This document shows, piece after piece, positions 46,860 to 56,940 of a DNA stretch of 64,000 bases (position 1 is the stretch's first letter; each line of letters begins with the position of its first letter). The stretch lies in the NCBI GenBank assembly GCA_964603945.1, contig CAZRWP010000004.1, positions 12,979 through 76,978 on the forward strand. Direction: 5' to 3'. This DNA comes from an uncultured Pseudomonadales bacterium (GTDB taxonomy: Bacteria; Patescibacteriota; Microgenomatia; UBA1400; UBA1396). The notes under the pieces were generated by a model that did not search any database, had not been told where the DNA came from, and saw only the letters and a list, made by a program, of their open reading frames with translations. A program made the position numbers and the translations under genes.

Positions 46860-46949
46860 GGTTAAGCTAGTTTAGCAGAGAAAGCAACTACATGACCAAG
46901 TCATCGTATCTATCTTTTTAAAAAAAGACTCAATAATTTACAGGTCAAT

Positions 46950-48359
46950 TTAGATAGCTTGCGCCTTAATTTCCTTAATTATCCTGCCTGCCTCAACTTT
47001 TTTGCCGATTTGGCGCAGTACCTGACCCATAAAAAAACCAATCACTTTTTGCTCGCCGGCTTGCAAGTCGGATTTGGCCTTAGCATTGGCGGGATCATTT
47101 AAAACGGCTTGCACAGCTGAATTAATCTCAGCGTCGGAGACCTCGTCAACTTTATACAGATCCTGAATTAGAGGGATAAGACGCTGTATCTCTGCCTCTA
47201 TAGCTGATTCGTCCTTGCTTTCCAAAACCGAATTGTCTAATAACCAAGTTTCCACCTTTTTATTAACGATAGCGTTGGCGGCCGCCTGGGGATCAATTGA
47301 GTGTCCTTTAACTGACTGCAAAAATATTTCAGCTGATTTGGCCACCACTTTATCTGAGACAAATACCTCAGCATTTTGTTCACTAATACCATATACAGCC
47401 ATTAATCGCTCTTTTAATACCTGTGGCAACTCGGGCAGGTCGGCCGAAATCGACTCAATCAACTCAGTCGTAATCACCAGTTCTGGCAAGTCAGGATCAG
47501 GGAAGTAACGGTAGTCCTCGGCATCTTCTTTACTACGCTGAGAATAGGTACGTCCCTCTGAATCATTCCAACCGCGGGTTTCTTGAGCTGGTATTTCTCC
47601 AGATTCACGAATTTTTGTCTGTCGCTCAATCTCAAAGGCGATGGCCCGCTCCAGGAAGCGGAAGGAGTTTAGGTTTTTAACCTCAACTTTGTAGGGCGGG
47701 AATTTGTCAGCTGAACGTTCTTCCTCATTTTGAACAGAAATATTCGCCTCTAAACGCAAGTCACCCTTTTCCATATCACATGCCGAAACATTCAAAAAGC
47801 GCAAAATTTGCACCAGGTTTTTGGCAAATTCGCGGGCATGAGCGGCACTGTGCATATCTGCCTCAGTCACAATCTCAATTAAAGGCACACCGGAGCGATT
47901 AAAATCAATCAGGGAAACATTCGCCTGCGATACACCAGCGCGCTTTTGTTCCTCTGGAGACAATTTAACGTGCTGAATCTTGGCCGTATCTTCTTCCAGA
48001 TGTACGCGAGTAATGCGCACCGGCCCTTGGCTAGTTGTCACCTCTCCACCTTCGCACAAAGGCTCATCATATTGTGAAATCTGATAACCTTTGGGCAAAT
48101 CAGGATAAAAGTAATTCTTGCGATCAAATTTGGAGTGACTGGCAATAGCTGAGCCTAAAGCTAAGCCAACTTTAATGGTTCGCTTGATGGCTGATTCATT
48201 GGCTACTGGCAGAGCACCGGGTAAGCCGTAGCAAACCGGGCAAATGTGGGTGTTTGGCTCCTCGCCAAAATGATTAGCCGGACAAGCACAAAACATTTTA
48301 GAAATAGTGTTGGGCTCAACGTGAATTTCTAGACCGATAATTGGGGTATAATTGGACAT
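46950..48359 (-). CDS. gatB: Asp/Glu-tRNA(Asn/Gln) amidotransferase subunit B
   Basis: MSNYTPIIGLEIHVE… is the GatB N-terminus. There is a 1-nt gap to gatA. Confidence 0.95.
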   Translation of the reverse strand: MSNYTPIIGLEIHVEPNTISKMFCACPANHFGEEPNTHICPVCYGLPGALPVANESAIKRTIKVGLALGSAIASHSKFDRKNYFYPDLPKGYQISQYDEPLCEGGEVTTSQGPVRITRVHLEEDTAKIQHVKLSPEEQKRAGVSQANVSLIDFNRSGVPLIEIVTEADMHSAAHAREFAKNLVQILRFLNVSACDMEKGDLRLEANISVQNEEERSADKFPPYKVEVKNLNSFRFLERAIAFEIERQTKIRESGEIPAQETRGWNDSEGRTYSQRSKEDAEDYRYFPDPDLPELVITTELIESISADLPELPQVLKERLMAVYGISEQNAEVFVSDKVVAKSAEIFLQSVKGHSIDPQAAANAIVNKKVETWLLDNSVLESKDESAIEAEIQRLIPLIQDLYKVDEVSDAEINSAVQAVLNDPANAKAKSDLQAGEQKVIGFFMGQVLRQIGKKVEAGRIIKEIKAQAI

Positions 48360-48360
48360 A

Positions 48361-49776
48361 TTATTCCTGTCCTTTCAGCCACTGATTTATACCAGCCGCT
48401 TTTTCAAAGGCGTTAGCAAGTTGAATTAGCCGACCCTCTTTAAAGGCTGGCGCGACGATATTTAAGCCTAGCGGCAGATTAGTTTCTTGATCAAAGTGGA
48501 CCGGCACATTGATACCTGGCAAGCCAGCCATTGAGCTTGGTTCCAACAACATGTCCATTAATTCACCAAAGTAAGGATACTTGGCTGATTCACCTAGTTT
48601 TAAGGCAAAACCAGGCGAGGTTGGGGCAATTAACAGATCATACTCGGTAAATAATTTGTCAAAATCCTGAATAAACATGGTGCGCACTTGCTGAGCTTTA
48701 ACATATGTTTTAGCTTCATAACCTTTACTTAAAGTGTAGGTACCGATCATGATGCGGCGCTTGGCTTCTGCACCCATCTGGTCGCGACCTTGACCATAAC
48801 GGTAGCCGTCATAACGAGCCAAATTGCTACTAACTTCCCCTCTCTGAATGACCGCATATAGTGGAATAGCATAGCGGGGATCCATCGATTTTACAGGCTC
48901 AACTTTGACACCAAGATCCGCTAGAACTGCCAAGGCTGGCTTATAAAGCGGCCAAATATCTTTAAGCTCTTCCAGATCTGAGTACATCAAGCCGATTTTC
49001 AAGCCAGACGCCGGCTGGTCAAGATACGAGGTGTAATCTTCAACTGGCAAAGGGCTGGTTGTACTGTCGCAGGCGTCGCGTCCAGCCATTAAATTTAACA
49101 AAATAGCGGCATCTTCCACTGTTTTGGTCATAGGACCAGGACTGTCTAGGGATGAACCCATCGCCACAATGCCGTAGCGGGAGACGCGACCATAGGTTGG
49201 CTTAAGCCCAACCAGGCCAGTCCAAGCTGAAGGCTGGCGAATTGACCCAGCTGTTTCCGTTCCCAGAGCGGCAATACACAAATCAGCGGCGACCGCGGCG
49301 GCGGAGCCGCCGGACGATCCACCTGGCATGTAATCCGGGTTACGCGGATTTTTGACTGGACCAAAGTCGGAGGTTTCCGTACTCGACCCATGCGCCCAGG
49401 CATCCATATTGGTTTTACCAATTAGATAAGCTCCGGCCTTTCGCATCTTGCCAATTACGGTTGACTCATATTGTGGTCGGTAGCCTCGCAAAACATTGGA
49501 GGCGGCAGTCGTGACCAAGTCTTTGGTTAAATAATTATCTTTGACGGCAATTGGAATACCACTCAGCAGACCACTTGAGTTAAAAAGTTCTGCACCATCT
49601 TCGACCGGCAGTTCCTGATGATAATCTAAATAAATATTCAGGTCATCATTTTTTGACTTGATTTGCTCTAGCACTGCTGACTGCACTTCACGCGCTGAAA
49701 ATTTCTTGTTAGCTAAGCCAGTTAAAGCCTGTTTTAAGGTTAATTTGTTTAAATCGCTCATTTCACTGCTCCTCAA
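48361..49776 (-). CDS. gatA: Glutamyl-tRNA(Gln) amidotransferase subunit A
   Basis: Amidase signature GGSSGGSAAAVAA and the Ser-cisSer-Lys triad context. Confidence 0.95.
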   Translation of the reverse strand: MRSSEMSDLNKLTLKQALTGLANKKFSAREVQSAVLEQIKSKNDDLNIYLDYHQELPVEDGAELFNSSGLLSGIPIAVKDNYLTKDLVTTAASNVLRGYRPQYESTVIGKMRKAGAYLIGKTNMDAWAHGSSTETSDFGPVKNPRNPDYMPGGSSGGSAAAVAADLCIAALGTETAGSIRQPSAWTGLVGLKPTYGRVSRYGIVAMGSSLDSPGPMTKTVEDAAILLNLMAGRDACDSTTSPLPVEDYTSYLDQPASGLKIGLMYSDLEELKDIWPLYKPALAVLADLGVKVEPVKSMDPRYAIPLYAVIQRGEVSSNLARYDGYRYGQGRDQMGAEAKRRIMIGTYTLSKGYEAKTYVKAQQVRTMFIQDFDKLFTEYDLLIAPTSPGFALKLGESAKYPYFGELMDMLLEPSSMAGLPGINVPVHFDQETNLPLGLNIVAPAFKEGRLIQLANAFEKAAGINQWLKGQE

Positions 49777-50077
49777 TTATCCGATCAACCACGACAAAGC
49801 CATTCACGCTATGCTCAGCTTGGCTCAAAGCTGATTCTTGTGTCAGAAGTCTCGACTCATCCACTTTATCCTCACGCCAAACATTGGTTAAACCAGTCAG
49901 CTGATGAGTCGGTTCAACATCAGTTGTATCTATTTCATGCAATTGGTTAATTTCTTCAACCGTAGCGGAAAATGCCTTGGCGAATTGCTCTTGTTCCTCT
50001 TTAGTAACACTTAAATTAGCTAATTCGGCCACGTGGGCAACATCTTGAGGTGAAACGGTCTTGGACATACAGGGCAT
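49763..50077 (-). CDS. gatC: Asp/Glu-tRNA amidotransferase subunit C
   Basis: 104 aa, overlapping the gatA start. GatC-like. Confidence 0.75.
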   Translation of the reverse strand: MPCMSKTVSPQDVAHVAELANLSVTKEEQEQFAKAFSATVEEINQLHEIDTTDVEPTHQLTGLTNVWREDKVDESRLLTQESALSQAEHSVNGFVVVDRIIEEQ

Positions 50078-50143
50078 AGTTTATCAAATTAAATCCGGCA
50101 GATCGCGGGCAGTAATCTCAGCTAGTTAGAAGGATTGCTGAAA

Positions 50144-51208
50144 TTACTCCCAAACTTCATGCCACTTGTTCAGAAAATCAGTATGGCCAGATTTATCAAA
50201 TTTCCAAAAATCCAACGGGACCGGAATTTTACCTGAGCCATTTGGCGTGTCAATTACATAGGTCGGCCAGGCTAGGCCGGATAACCGTTTGCGCAGTTCT
50301 GTCATAATCGCAATTTCTTTTTCCAGTGGCACTATAAAATGCTCTACACCTTTAGTCGGATCACATCGGAATATATAGTAGGGTCGCACACCGATTTGAA
50401 TTAATCTGTTAAATAATTCTTCTAATACTTCGACTGAGTCATTGACTCCCTTTAAAAATACCGATTGCGATAACAAAATGGCACCAGTTTTCTGTATTTT
50501 CTTAATGACAGTTAAGGTTTCTGGTGACATTTCGTCTGGGTGCTCAAAATGCACCGACACATACAGAGGCTGTTCTATCTGCTTGAATGTTTTGAGTAGT
50601 TTGGGGGTAATCAGACTAGGCTGAGAGACAGGCGTGCGGGTATGGACTCTAATGACCTTAATTTGGGGTAAAGCGCGGATCTTGTCGATCGCCTCGATTA
50701 ACAAATTATGAGCGGTTACTGGATCACCCCCAGAAAAGATTACCTCATTAATTTCCGGATGTGCAGTCAGGTACTTCACCATATTATCGACATCAGCTGA
50801 AGTTAACTTGCCTTTTTCCATGTCGGAGACGATGCGGCGGCGTGTACAAAAGCGGCAATAAGCCGCACAAGTCATGGTTAAAGTGACCAGCACCCGACTG
50901 GGGTATTTATGAACCAAGCCTTTGGTAACCACATGGCTATCTTCTAACAGTGGGTCTTCATAGGTTTCATCGCTGATTTGCAATTCATCATCACTCGGAT
51001 AAAACTGGCGCCGGATTGCCGGTGAATTCTCAGATAACTTAGCCAAATGAGGAGACACCTGAAAAACTAGACCATTCGGAGGAGGTTCCTCATCAGTGAT
51101 TAAAGCGGGTTCAACTGACAGATTCACTCTGGAATCAGCTTGATGATCTGTACTGGAAAATATGGTTGTCATAACAATTATTACCGACCATTTTATGGCA
51201 ATTGTCAA
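50144..51208 (-). CDS. Radical SAM aminomutase of the lysine 2,3-aminomutase family (KamA/EpmB-like)
   Basis: DPLLEDSHVVTKGLVHKYPSRVLVTLTMTCAAYCRFCTRRR gives a CxxxCxxC cluster in the KamA-specific context. Confidence 0.8.
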   Translation of the reverse strand: MTIAIKWSVIIVMTTIFSSTDHQADSRVNLSVEPALITDEEPPPNGLVFQVSPHLAKLSENSPAIRRQFYPSDDELQISDETYEDPLLEDSHVVTKGLVHKYPSRVLVTLTMTCAAYCRFCTRRRIVSDMEKGKLTSADVDNMVKYLTAHPEINEVIFSGGDPVTAHNLLIEAIDKIRALPQIKVIRVHTRTPVSQPSLITPKLLKTFKQIEQPLYVSVHFEHPDEMSPETLTVIKKIQKTGAILLSQSVFLKGVNDSVEVLEELFNRLIQIGVRPYYIFRCDPTKGVEHFIVPLEKEIAIMTELRKRLSGLAWPTYVIDTPNGSGKIPVPLDFWKFDKSGHTDFLNKWHEVWE

Positions 51209-51266
51209 GGATAAACAGGTTGATTAAAAAAGCTCGGTTTGACTGGCGGTTTCCAGCTTAATAAGT

Positions 51267-51872
51267 TTAATCATCATCACGATCAAAGCGGGAATAGCGT
51301 TTAAAACCATGATGTTCTGGAAATTCATCACCCATAAAAGTAACAAAAAACATCAAGCGGACATCTTCAACAATGTGTGGACGGCCGGTTTGAGGATCTC
51401 TGACTTCATTTGTATCCCACCAACGGCGCAAGAAAAAATCAATGGGAAACAGTCGGTCCTGACGGGAAAAATCTTTATATGGATCCACAATTATCACTAA
51501 TTTACGCTCCTCATCAATGTGCGAAACAATACTATAGTGACCATAGTCACCGTCAACTTTTTCTTCTTCTTCACTGTCATAAAACAAGCCTTGCCACTCA
51601 ACTCCCACACCGTAGCCTTTGTTAAGTACCACGCGCAAATCATCGAGCGTAGATTTGTATTTGTACCAAAACTGAAGATGAGGAGCCAAACGAGAACTAG
51701 CCAGGGCAATCTGGTCTACTCGCATGCCGTGCTCTGCAATGGTGTCTTCAACGTCAGCCGCGGCCGCGATTTCTTCTTGGGTTACCTGCTCGCCTAAAAC
51801 AGCGAGAAGCATCTCCAAAACCGCGGCGCCGCAGTGGGCTTCGGATATTTGCTGGACATGGGGAAAGGACAT
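51267..51872 (-). CDS. Standalone C39-like (papain-fold) cysteine peptidase/transferase domain protein
   Basis: QQISEAHCGAAVLEMLL matches the C39 Q-x5-(D/H)CG-x-A-x-L-x-M-[IL] active-site motif. A later GHYSIV supplies the candidate His. Confidence 0.5.
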   Translation of the reverse strand: MSFPHVQQISEAHCGAAVLEMLLAVLGEQVTQEEIAAAADVEDTIAEHGMRVDQIALASSRLAPHLQFWYKYKSTLDDLRVVLNKGYGVGVEWQGLFYDSEEEEKVDGDYGHYSIVSHIDEERKLVIIVDPYKDFSRQDRLFPIDFFLRRWWDTNEVRDPQTGRPHIVEDVRLMFFVTFMGDEFPEHHGFKRYSRFDRDDD

Positions 51873-51887
51873 GATTCCGCCTTACTT

Positions 51888-52931
51888 TTAAGCTGACTTT
51901 TGCACTGCTCGTGCGTGTTTGCTAAGCAGACTCTTTAGTACATCAGTAAAGCTGACATCATTTAGAGCCAACACTTCAGTCATTGGCAATCCCATATCTG
52001 GTCCAAAAGCTGTATTCGGATTGCAGTCCACAAAATATGGCACCTTATTTTCCAGATCATAACGAATATCAAATTTGGCGTAGTCCTGATAACCCAATAC
52101 ATCAAAGGCACGGGTCAAAAGCGGACTGACCCGATCAATAACATCCTGCTCTGGGATTATGTATTTATAGGCTTTGGCATCATCATATGATTCCAAACTG
52201 GTGAAGTCGTGCTTGCCATCTGGCTTAATCTTAAAAACTTTTTGTCCATAGAACTGGTGCTTTTTGCGACCATCGTCATAAATCACGGCGGTGATTTCCG
52301 GACCATCGATAAAGCGCTCCACTATAACCGGAATTTTATAGGTTTCAATCATTTGTTTTACTTTTTTTTCAGCTTGAACCAGATTTTCTTTAACCGCCTT
52401 ATTATCGATGCCAACACTGCCGCCACTTTCATTTAATTTGACGATTAAAGGAAAACCTAAATTTTCCGGCACTCTGGTGCGCAGGTCACGAATAAACTTG
52501 TACTCAGGAGTTGGAATGTCATGAGCGGTTAAAATTTGTTTGAATAAATGTCGGTTGTTGCCTACCACTAGACCCATTAAGCCAGCACCGGTGTATTGGA
52601 TTTCTGATAATTCTAAGGCACCAGGGATAGCAGGCTGTAAGCGATCCTTGCCACGAACGGTGTCAACTAAATTAAACACAATGTCTGGCTTATCAACCAA
52701 AATATTGGTAAAAAAGTACTTGTCAGCGGCATAGCCTTTGACCGCAATACCTAACTTGGCGATTTCGGCTATTACTTCTTCGGCTCGATCTTCAACTTCA
52801 AGTTCAGCAATATAAGCGCCCTCGGTGGCATAATCTTCACGATCAACTTTGGCATAAGCTAAAGCAACCAACTTGAGAGCCTTGAGAGCGGCCTCATCGA
52901 TAAAAAAATTACTGGCGGGGGATTTTGTCAT
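51888..52931 (-). CDS. ATP-grasp ligase of the D-alanine--D-alanine ligase family (divergent N-terminal domain)
   Basis: Central IVKLNESGGSVGI (Ddl: VKPxxxGSSVGI) and a C-terminal YAKFDIRYD…YFVDCNPNTAFG (ARVDFF…NEINTIPG-like). The canonical Ddl N-terminal GGxSxE motif is absent. Confidence 0.6.
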   Translation of the reverse strand: MTKSPASNFFIDEAALKALKLVALAYAKVDREDYATEGAYIAELEVEDRAEEVIAEIAKLGIAVKGYAADKYFFTNILVDKPDIVFNLVDTVRGKDRLQPAIPGALELSEIQYTGAGLMGLVVGNNRHLFKQILTAHDIPTPEYKFIRDLRTRVPENLGFPLIVKLNESGGSVGIDNKAVKENLVQAEKKVKQMIETYKIPVIVERFIDGPEITAVIYDDGRKKHQFYGQKVFKIKPDGKHDFTSLESYDDAKAYKYIIPEQDVIDRVSPLLTRAFDVLGYQDYAKFDIRYDLENKVPYFVDCNPNTAFGPDMGLPMTEVLALNDVSFTDVLKSLLSKHARAVQKSA

Positions 52932-53048
52932 AGATTCATAGTGCCAAAGGAATCACAATTTGTCTAGCTGATAAAGAAAATCGGAATTATGAACAAAATT
53001 TGTTTATTGCTCTTGCTTAAGTCTGCTGAACTAACGTCTGAGCCAACG

Positions 53049-54119
53049 CTAAGCGACTGTTATGTCCTTGGATAAATAAACATCCTGAATAGCGTGTAAC
53101 AGCTTAACTCCGTCAGCAAATGGCCGCTGGAAGGCTTTGCGGCCAGCAATAATGCCCATGCCACCGGCTCGCTTGTTGATAACAGCTGTCCTGACGACTT
53201 CGGCAAAATCATCCTCGCCGGAAGCGCCGCCGCTATTAAGAAGCCCGATCCGGCCGGCAAAATTATTTAAGACTTGGTAGCGGGTTAGATCAATTGGGTG
53301 ATCGCCGATTAACTGCTCATCAACAGAGGCATCAAACTTGCCATAATCACTAGCCTTAGTCTGCAGTGCTTTAAAACCGCCGTTACTTTCTGGCAGTTTT
53401 TGCTTGATAATATCGGCTGACAAAGTCGCAGCTAAATAATTTGCCTGTCCAGTCACATCCGCCGAGCGCTCATGATTTGTTTTACCCACAGTAAATGCGT
53501 CATTGCGTACATATGCCCATAAAATCGTCGCCAGGCCAAGTTCATGCGCGCGGGCGAAGGCCGCGGCCACTTCCACAATTTCCCGGCGGCTTTCGGGCGA
53601 ACCAAAGTAGATGGTGGCACCCACCGCCACGGCACCCATGGCCGCGGCTTGCTCAACCGTGCCGAACATAATTTGGTCGTAGGTATTGGGATAACTTAAT
53701 AGTTCATTGTGGTTGAGTTTAACAATCAGTGGCAACTTGTCCGCATAGCGGTCGGCCACCATACCCAAAATGCCAAAGCTGGAAGCCAAGCCATTACAGC
53801 CGCCTTTTATGGCCAAATTGACAATATTTTCGGGGTCAAAATAAATTGGATTTTTGTAAAATGAATACCCAGCGGCATGCTCCACACCCTGATCTACTGG
53901 CAAAATGGATAAGTACCCTGTATTTCCCAGTCGGCCGTGGCCAAACAAACGTTTGAGATTTTTAATGACCGCGTCACTGCGATCACTGCCAGCAAATACC
54001 TTATCAACAAAATTTGGTTCAGGCAGGTTCAGCAACTTAGACGAAACTTTGGGTGAGCGAAATTTCAACAAGTCGTCAGCTGAATCACCAAGAAAGCGTC
54101 GAATTTCGTCAATACTCAT
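53049..54119 (-). CDS. fbaB: Class I fructose-bisphosphate aldolase (FbaB/DhnA-type)
   Basis: ILPVDQGVEH and a Schiff-base Lys region (LIVKLN); about 355 aa. The start was trimmed to MSIDEIRRF. Confidence 0.7.
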   Translation of the reverse strand: MSIDEIRRFLGDSADDLLKFRSPKVSSKLLNLPEPNFVDKVFAGSDRSDAVIKNLKRLFGHGRLGNTGYLSILPVDQGVEHAAGYSFYKNPIYFDPENIVNLAIKGGCNGLASSFGILGMVADRYADKLPLIVKLNHNELLSYPNTYDQIMFGTVEQAAAMGAVAVGATIYFGSPESRREIVEVAAAFARAHELGLATILWAYVRNDAFTVGKTNHERSADVTGQANYLAATLSADIIKQKLPESNGGFKALQTKASDYGKFDASVDEQLIGDHPIDLTRYQVLNNFAGRIGLLNSGGASGEDDFAEVVRTAVINKRAGGMGIIAGRKAFQRPFADGVKLLHAIQDVYLSKDITVA

Positions 54120-54206
54120 GATTTCGCGATTAGAACGGACAGGCCACATATGCTCATTGTAATGAGAATTGCCACTAAAATACAAGGAGAAGCGTTGTTA
54201 AATCTA

Positions 54207-54428
54207 TCATCTAGGCAAATGATTCTTTAAAGATCTTTTACTGAGTGCACTGATTATCTCTCGAAATGCTTTATCTGAGGCTAATAAAATTAACTCACGC
54301 ATTTCCGCTGGATATTGAAGGTAATATCTAACTTGTTGATTAGTCTTTGAGTTTTTATCAGCCCAGTTGTTAAAGCTTTCAGTAAAGTCAGATAAATTGG
54401 CTGGCTCTGAGTTTGACTGTGCCTTCAC
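54207..54428 (-). CDS. Small hypothetical protein
   Basis: 73-aa ORF with no motifs. Confidence 0.25.
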   Translation of the reverse strand: MKAQSNSEPANLSDFTESFNNWADKNSKTNQQVRYYLQYPAEMRELILLASDKAFREIISALSKRSLKNHLPR

Positions 54429-54574
54429 GGCGGAGAAAGCTCTATCAACTACAAAACTAACAATTGCCTCCCGCTCAAACTCAGTGATTAATGAATCACG
54501 CCTAGTTGGATTAAGTTGATAAAAATAATTATCAACAAGTTGACTAATTATTTGTTTAATAAACCAGATGATTT

Positions 54575-56716
54575 TTAAGAGACAGTTAGATTTGAACCGC
54601 TGGCCTCAACCTTGAGTTTTAGGACTTCCTCCTCATCTTCCCGTTCCAGCATTTTAATTGCTACCTCATCGAGTATTTCCGTCTGGATTAGGCGGCGCAG
54701 AGGCCGGGCACCAAAAGCCGGGTCATAACCATGCTCGGCTAACCATTTTTTAGCTGATTCAGAGATAGTTAAATCAACTTTTTCCTCTGCCAGCATTTGT
54801 TTGACTTGATCTAACTGAAGATCGACTATTTTGCTTAATAACTCCTGAGATAACGGTTCAAACTGAATCACTTGGTCAATCCGATTTAAGAATTCCGGTT
54901 TGAATTGGTGCTGAAGCCGGTCCTTAACCTGACTTTGCAAGGCCTCCGCCTGCTCCGGCTCTTGCGCCATCTGCAACATCAAATCAGAACCTACATTACT
55001 GGTCATAATAATCACCGTATTAGTAAAATCAACCGTTCGACCTTGACCATCAGTCAGGCGACCATCATCAAATACTTGTAAAAAGGTGTTGAAAATTTGG
55101 GTATCCGCTTTTTCAATTTCGTCCAGGAGAATCACACTGTAGGGGCGTCGACGCACCGCCTCTGTTAGCTGACCGCCTTGCTCGTAACCTACATAGCCTG
55201 GCGGTGCGCCAATCAGTCGCGCGATGGTGTGCGACTCACTGTACTCACTCATGTCCAGGCGCACCAAGGCATGTTCGTCATTAAACATCACCTGAGCCAG
55301 AGCTTTGGCGGTTTCCGTTTTTCCCACCCCCGTTGGTCCTAAAAATAAGAATGTAGCCAGGGGGCGATTTTCATCAGCAATACCCACGCGACTGCGGCGA
55401 ATAGCATTGGATACAGCGTGCAGTGCCTCAACTTGATTAACCACGCGTTTGGATAGCTCATCTTCCAGATGTAGGAGTTTTTCGGTTTCATCCTTGACCA
55501 GCTGAGTTACCGGAATGCCGGTCCACTTACCGACCACTTTAGCCACATCTTCACGGGACACTTCTTCCTTTAACAGACGTTCAGCTTCCGGAATGGTTTC
55601 CCACTTGGCAACTACATCATTTAGTTGTTTTTCCAACTCAGGAATAATGCCATACTGCAGTTCCGCGGCTTTATTTAAATCAACTTCCCGCTGGGCGCGT
55701 TCCAACTCCGCGCGCCGCTCCTCTAATTTAGTTCTTGTAGTTTGAATTTCGCTCAGCAATTTTTGCTGTGACTCCCAGCGGTTTTGCAGATCACCTAGCT
55801 GAGTTTTCAACTGGGTAAGTTCGGAGCGCACCACTTCTAGCCGCTCTTTTGAATGGTCTGACTTTTCTTTTTTTAAGGCTTGTTCTTCAATTTCTAACTG
55901 AACTTTGCGCCGTTTTAAATTGTCGATTACCGCCGGATCAGACTCGGTTTCAATTTTAAGTCCTGAGGCCGCTTCATCCACCAAGTCAATCGCTTTGTCA
56001 GGCAGGTGTCTAGCTGGAATATAGCGGTCAGACAGCTCAGCGGCCGCCACCAGGGCGTCGTCAGTAATCCGGATACCGTGATGAAGTTCATAGCGTTCCT
56101 TTAAGCCGCGCAGAATGGAAATTGTGTCCTCAACGGTTGGCGCCTCAACCATGACTGGCTGAAAACGCCGCTCCAAAGCTGAGTCCTTTTCAATGTACTG
56201 ACGATACTCATTCAGTGTGGTCGAGCCGATAAGCCTTAGTTGCCCCCGCGCCAGCGCCGGCTTGAGCATATTGCCCGCATCCACCGCGCCTTCGGCGCCG
56301 CCGGCGCCGACCACGGTGTGCAGTTCATCAATAAACAAGATTATTTCGCCGGCGGCGCCCACCACCTCGTCGATTACTTTTTTGAGGCGCTGTTCAAACT
56401 CGCCGCGGAACTTGGCACCTGCTAGCAAACTCGACATCTGTAAACTCAAAATGCGCTTGTTTTTTAGGGAAGTCGGTACGTCGTCATTAATGATCCGCTG
56501 AGCCAGACCTTCGGCTACCGCCGTCTTGCCAACTCCCGGCTCGCCGACCAAAACCGGATTGTTCTTGGTGCGTCGAGAGAGCACTTGAATCACACGGCGA
56601 ATCTCACTATCACGGCCGATCACCGGATCGAGTTTACCGTCCTTGGCCAAGGCGGTCAGATCAGTTGTAAAGTCTTGTATGTCGACGTTTTCGTCGGGTA
56701 CTTGATACATCTGCAT
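54575..56716 (-). CDS. clpB: ClpB-type AAA+ disaggregase lacking the N-terminal domain
   Basis: Two AAA modules (GEPGVGKTA; GPTGVGKTE), a long coiled-coil M-domain between them, and the pore-loop/sensor motifs. It starts at the position equivalent to the start of ClpB nucleotide-binding domain 1. Confidence 0.9.
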   Translation of the reverse strand: MQMYQVPDENVDIQDFTTDLTALAKDGKLDPVIGRDSEIRRVIQVLSRRTKNNPVLVGEPGVGKTAVAEGLAQRIINDDVPTSLKNKRILSLQMSSLLAGAKFRGEFEQRLKKVIDEVVGAAGEIILFIDELHTVVGAGGAEGAVDAGNMLKPALARGQLRLIGSTTLNEYRQYIEKDSALERRFQPVMVEAPTVEDTISILRGLKERYELHHGIRITDDALVAAAELSDRYIPARHLPDKAIDLVDEAASGLKIETESDPAVIDNLKRRKVQLEIEEQALKKEKSDHSKERLEVVRSELTQLKTQLGDLQNRWESQQKLLSEIQTTRTKLEERRAELERAQREVDLNKAAELQYGIIPELEKQLNDVVAKWETIPEAERLLKEEVSREDVAKVVGKWTGIPVTQLVKDETEKLLHLEDELSKRVVNQVEALHAVSNAIRRSRVGIADENRPLATFLFLGPTGVGKTETAKALAQVMFNDEHALVRLDMSEYSESHTIARLIGAPPGYVGYEQGGQLTEAVRRRPYSVILLDEIEKADTQIFNTFLQVFDDGRLTDGQGRTVDFTNTVIIMTSNVGSDLMLQMAQEPEQAEALQSQVKDRLQHQFKPEFLNRIDQVIQFEPLSQELLSKIVDLQLDQVKQMLAEEKVDLTISESAKKWLAEHGYDPAFGARPLRRLIQTEILDEVAIKMLEREDEEEVLKLKVEASGSNLTVS

Positions 56717-56738
56717 ATTGGCAATATATTATCGCTAT

Positions 56739-56765
56739 TTAGCAGTCTAATCAAGAGAGTGACAA
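56739..56765. promoter_or_regulatory. CIRCE-like inverted repeat (putative HrcA operator) upstream of clpB
   Basis: TTAGCAGTC-N9-GAGTGACAA compared with the CIRCE consensus TTAGCACTC-N9-GAGTGCTAA (3 mismatches out of 18). It lies 23 nt upstream of the clpB ATG, overlapping the likely promoter. Confidence 0.45.
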
Positions 56766-56940
56766 TCTTTAACCATGGCCAATTTTGCAGGCCACACCAG
56801 ATCAGGCGAAAAATAATTAGCTTAACGCTACTAAATAGATCAGAGTAATACTAAGGAAATCATTTGTCTTTAATAGTCACCAAAATAACTTAACTATTGA
56901 GCTCACCTGACCAAAGCCCCCCCACCACTAAATCAAGCGT

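Noticed and set aside
50144-51208. Calling the KamA-family gene epmB (EF-P beta-lysylation)
   Set aside because: No epmA/genX-like or efp gene is in the window, and the gene is linked to an ATP-grasp and a C39-like gene instead, so it is left as KamA-family with unknown specificity.
43410-56716. Numerous short antisense ORFs inside dnaE, gatA, clpB, fbaB and other long genes
   Set aside because: They are embedded in long, well-supported genes on the opposite strand and have no independent signals.
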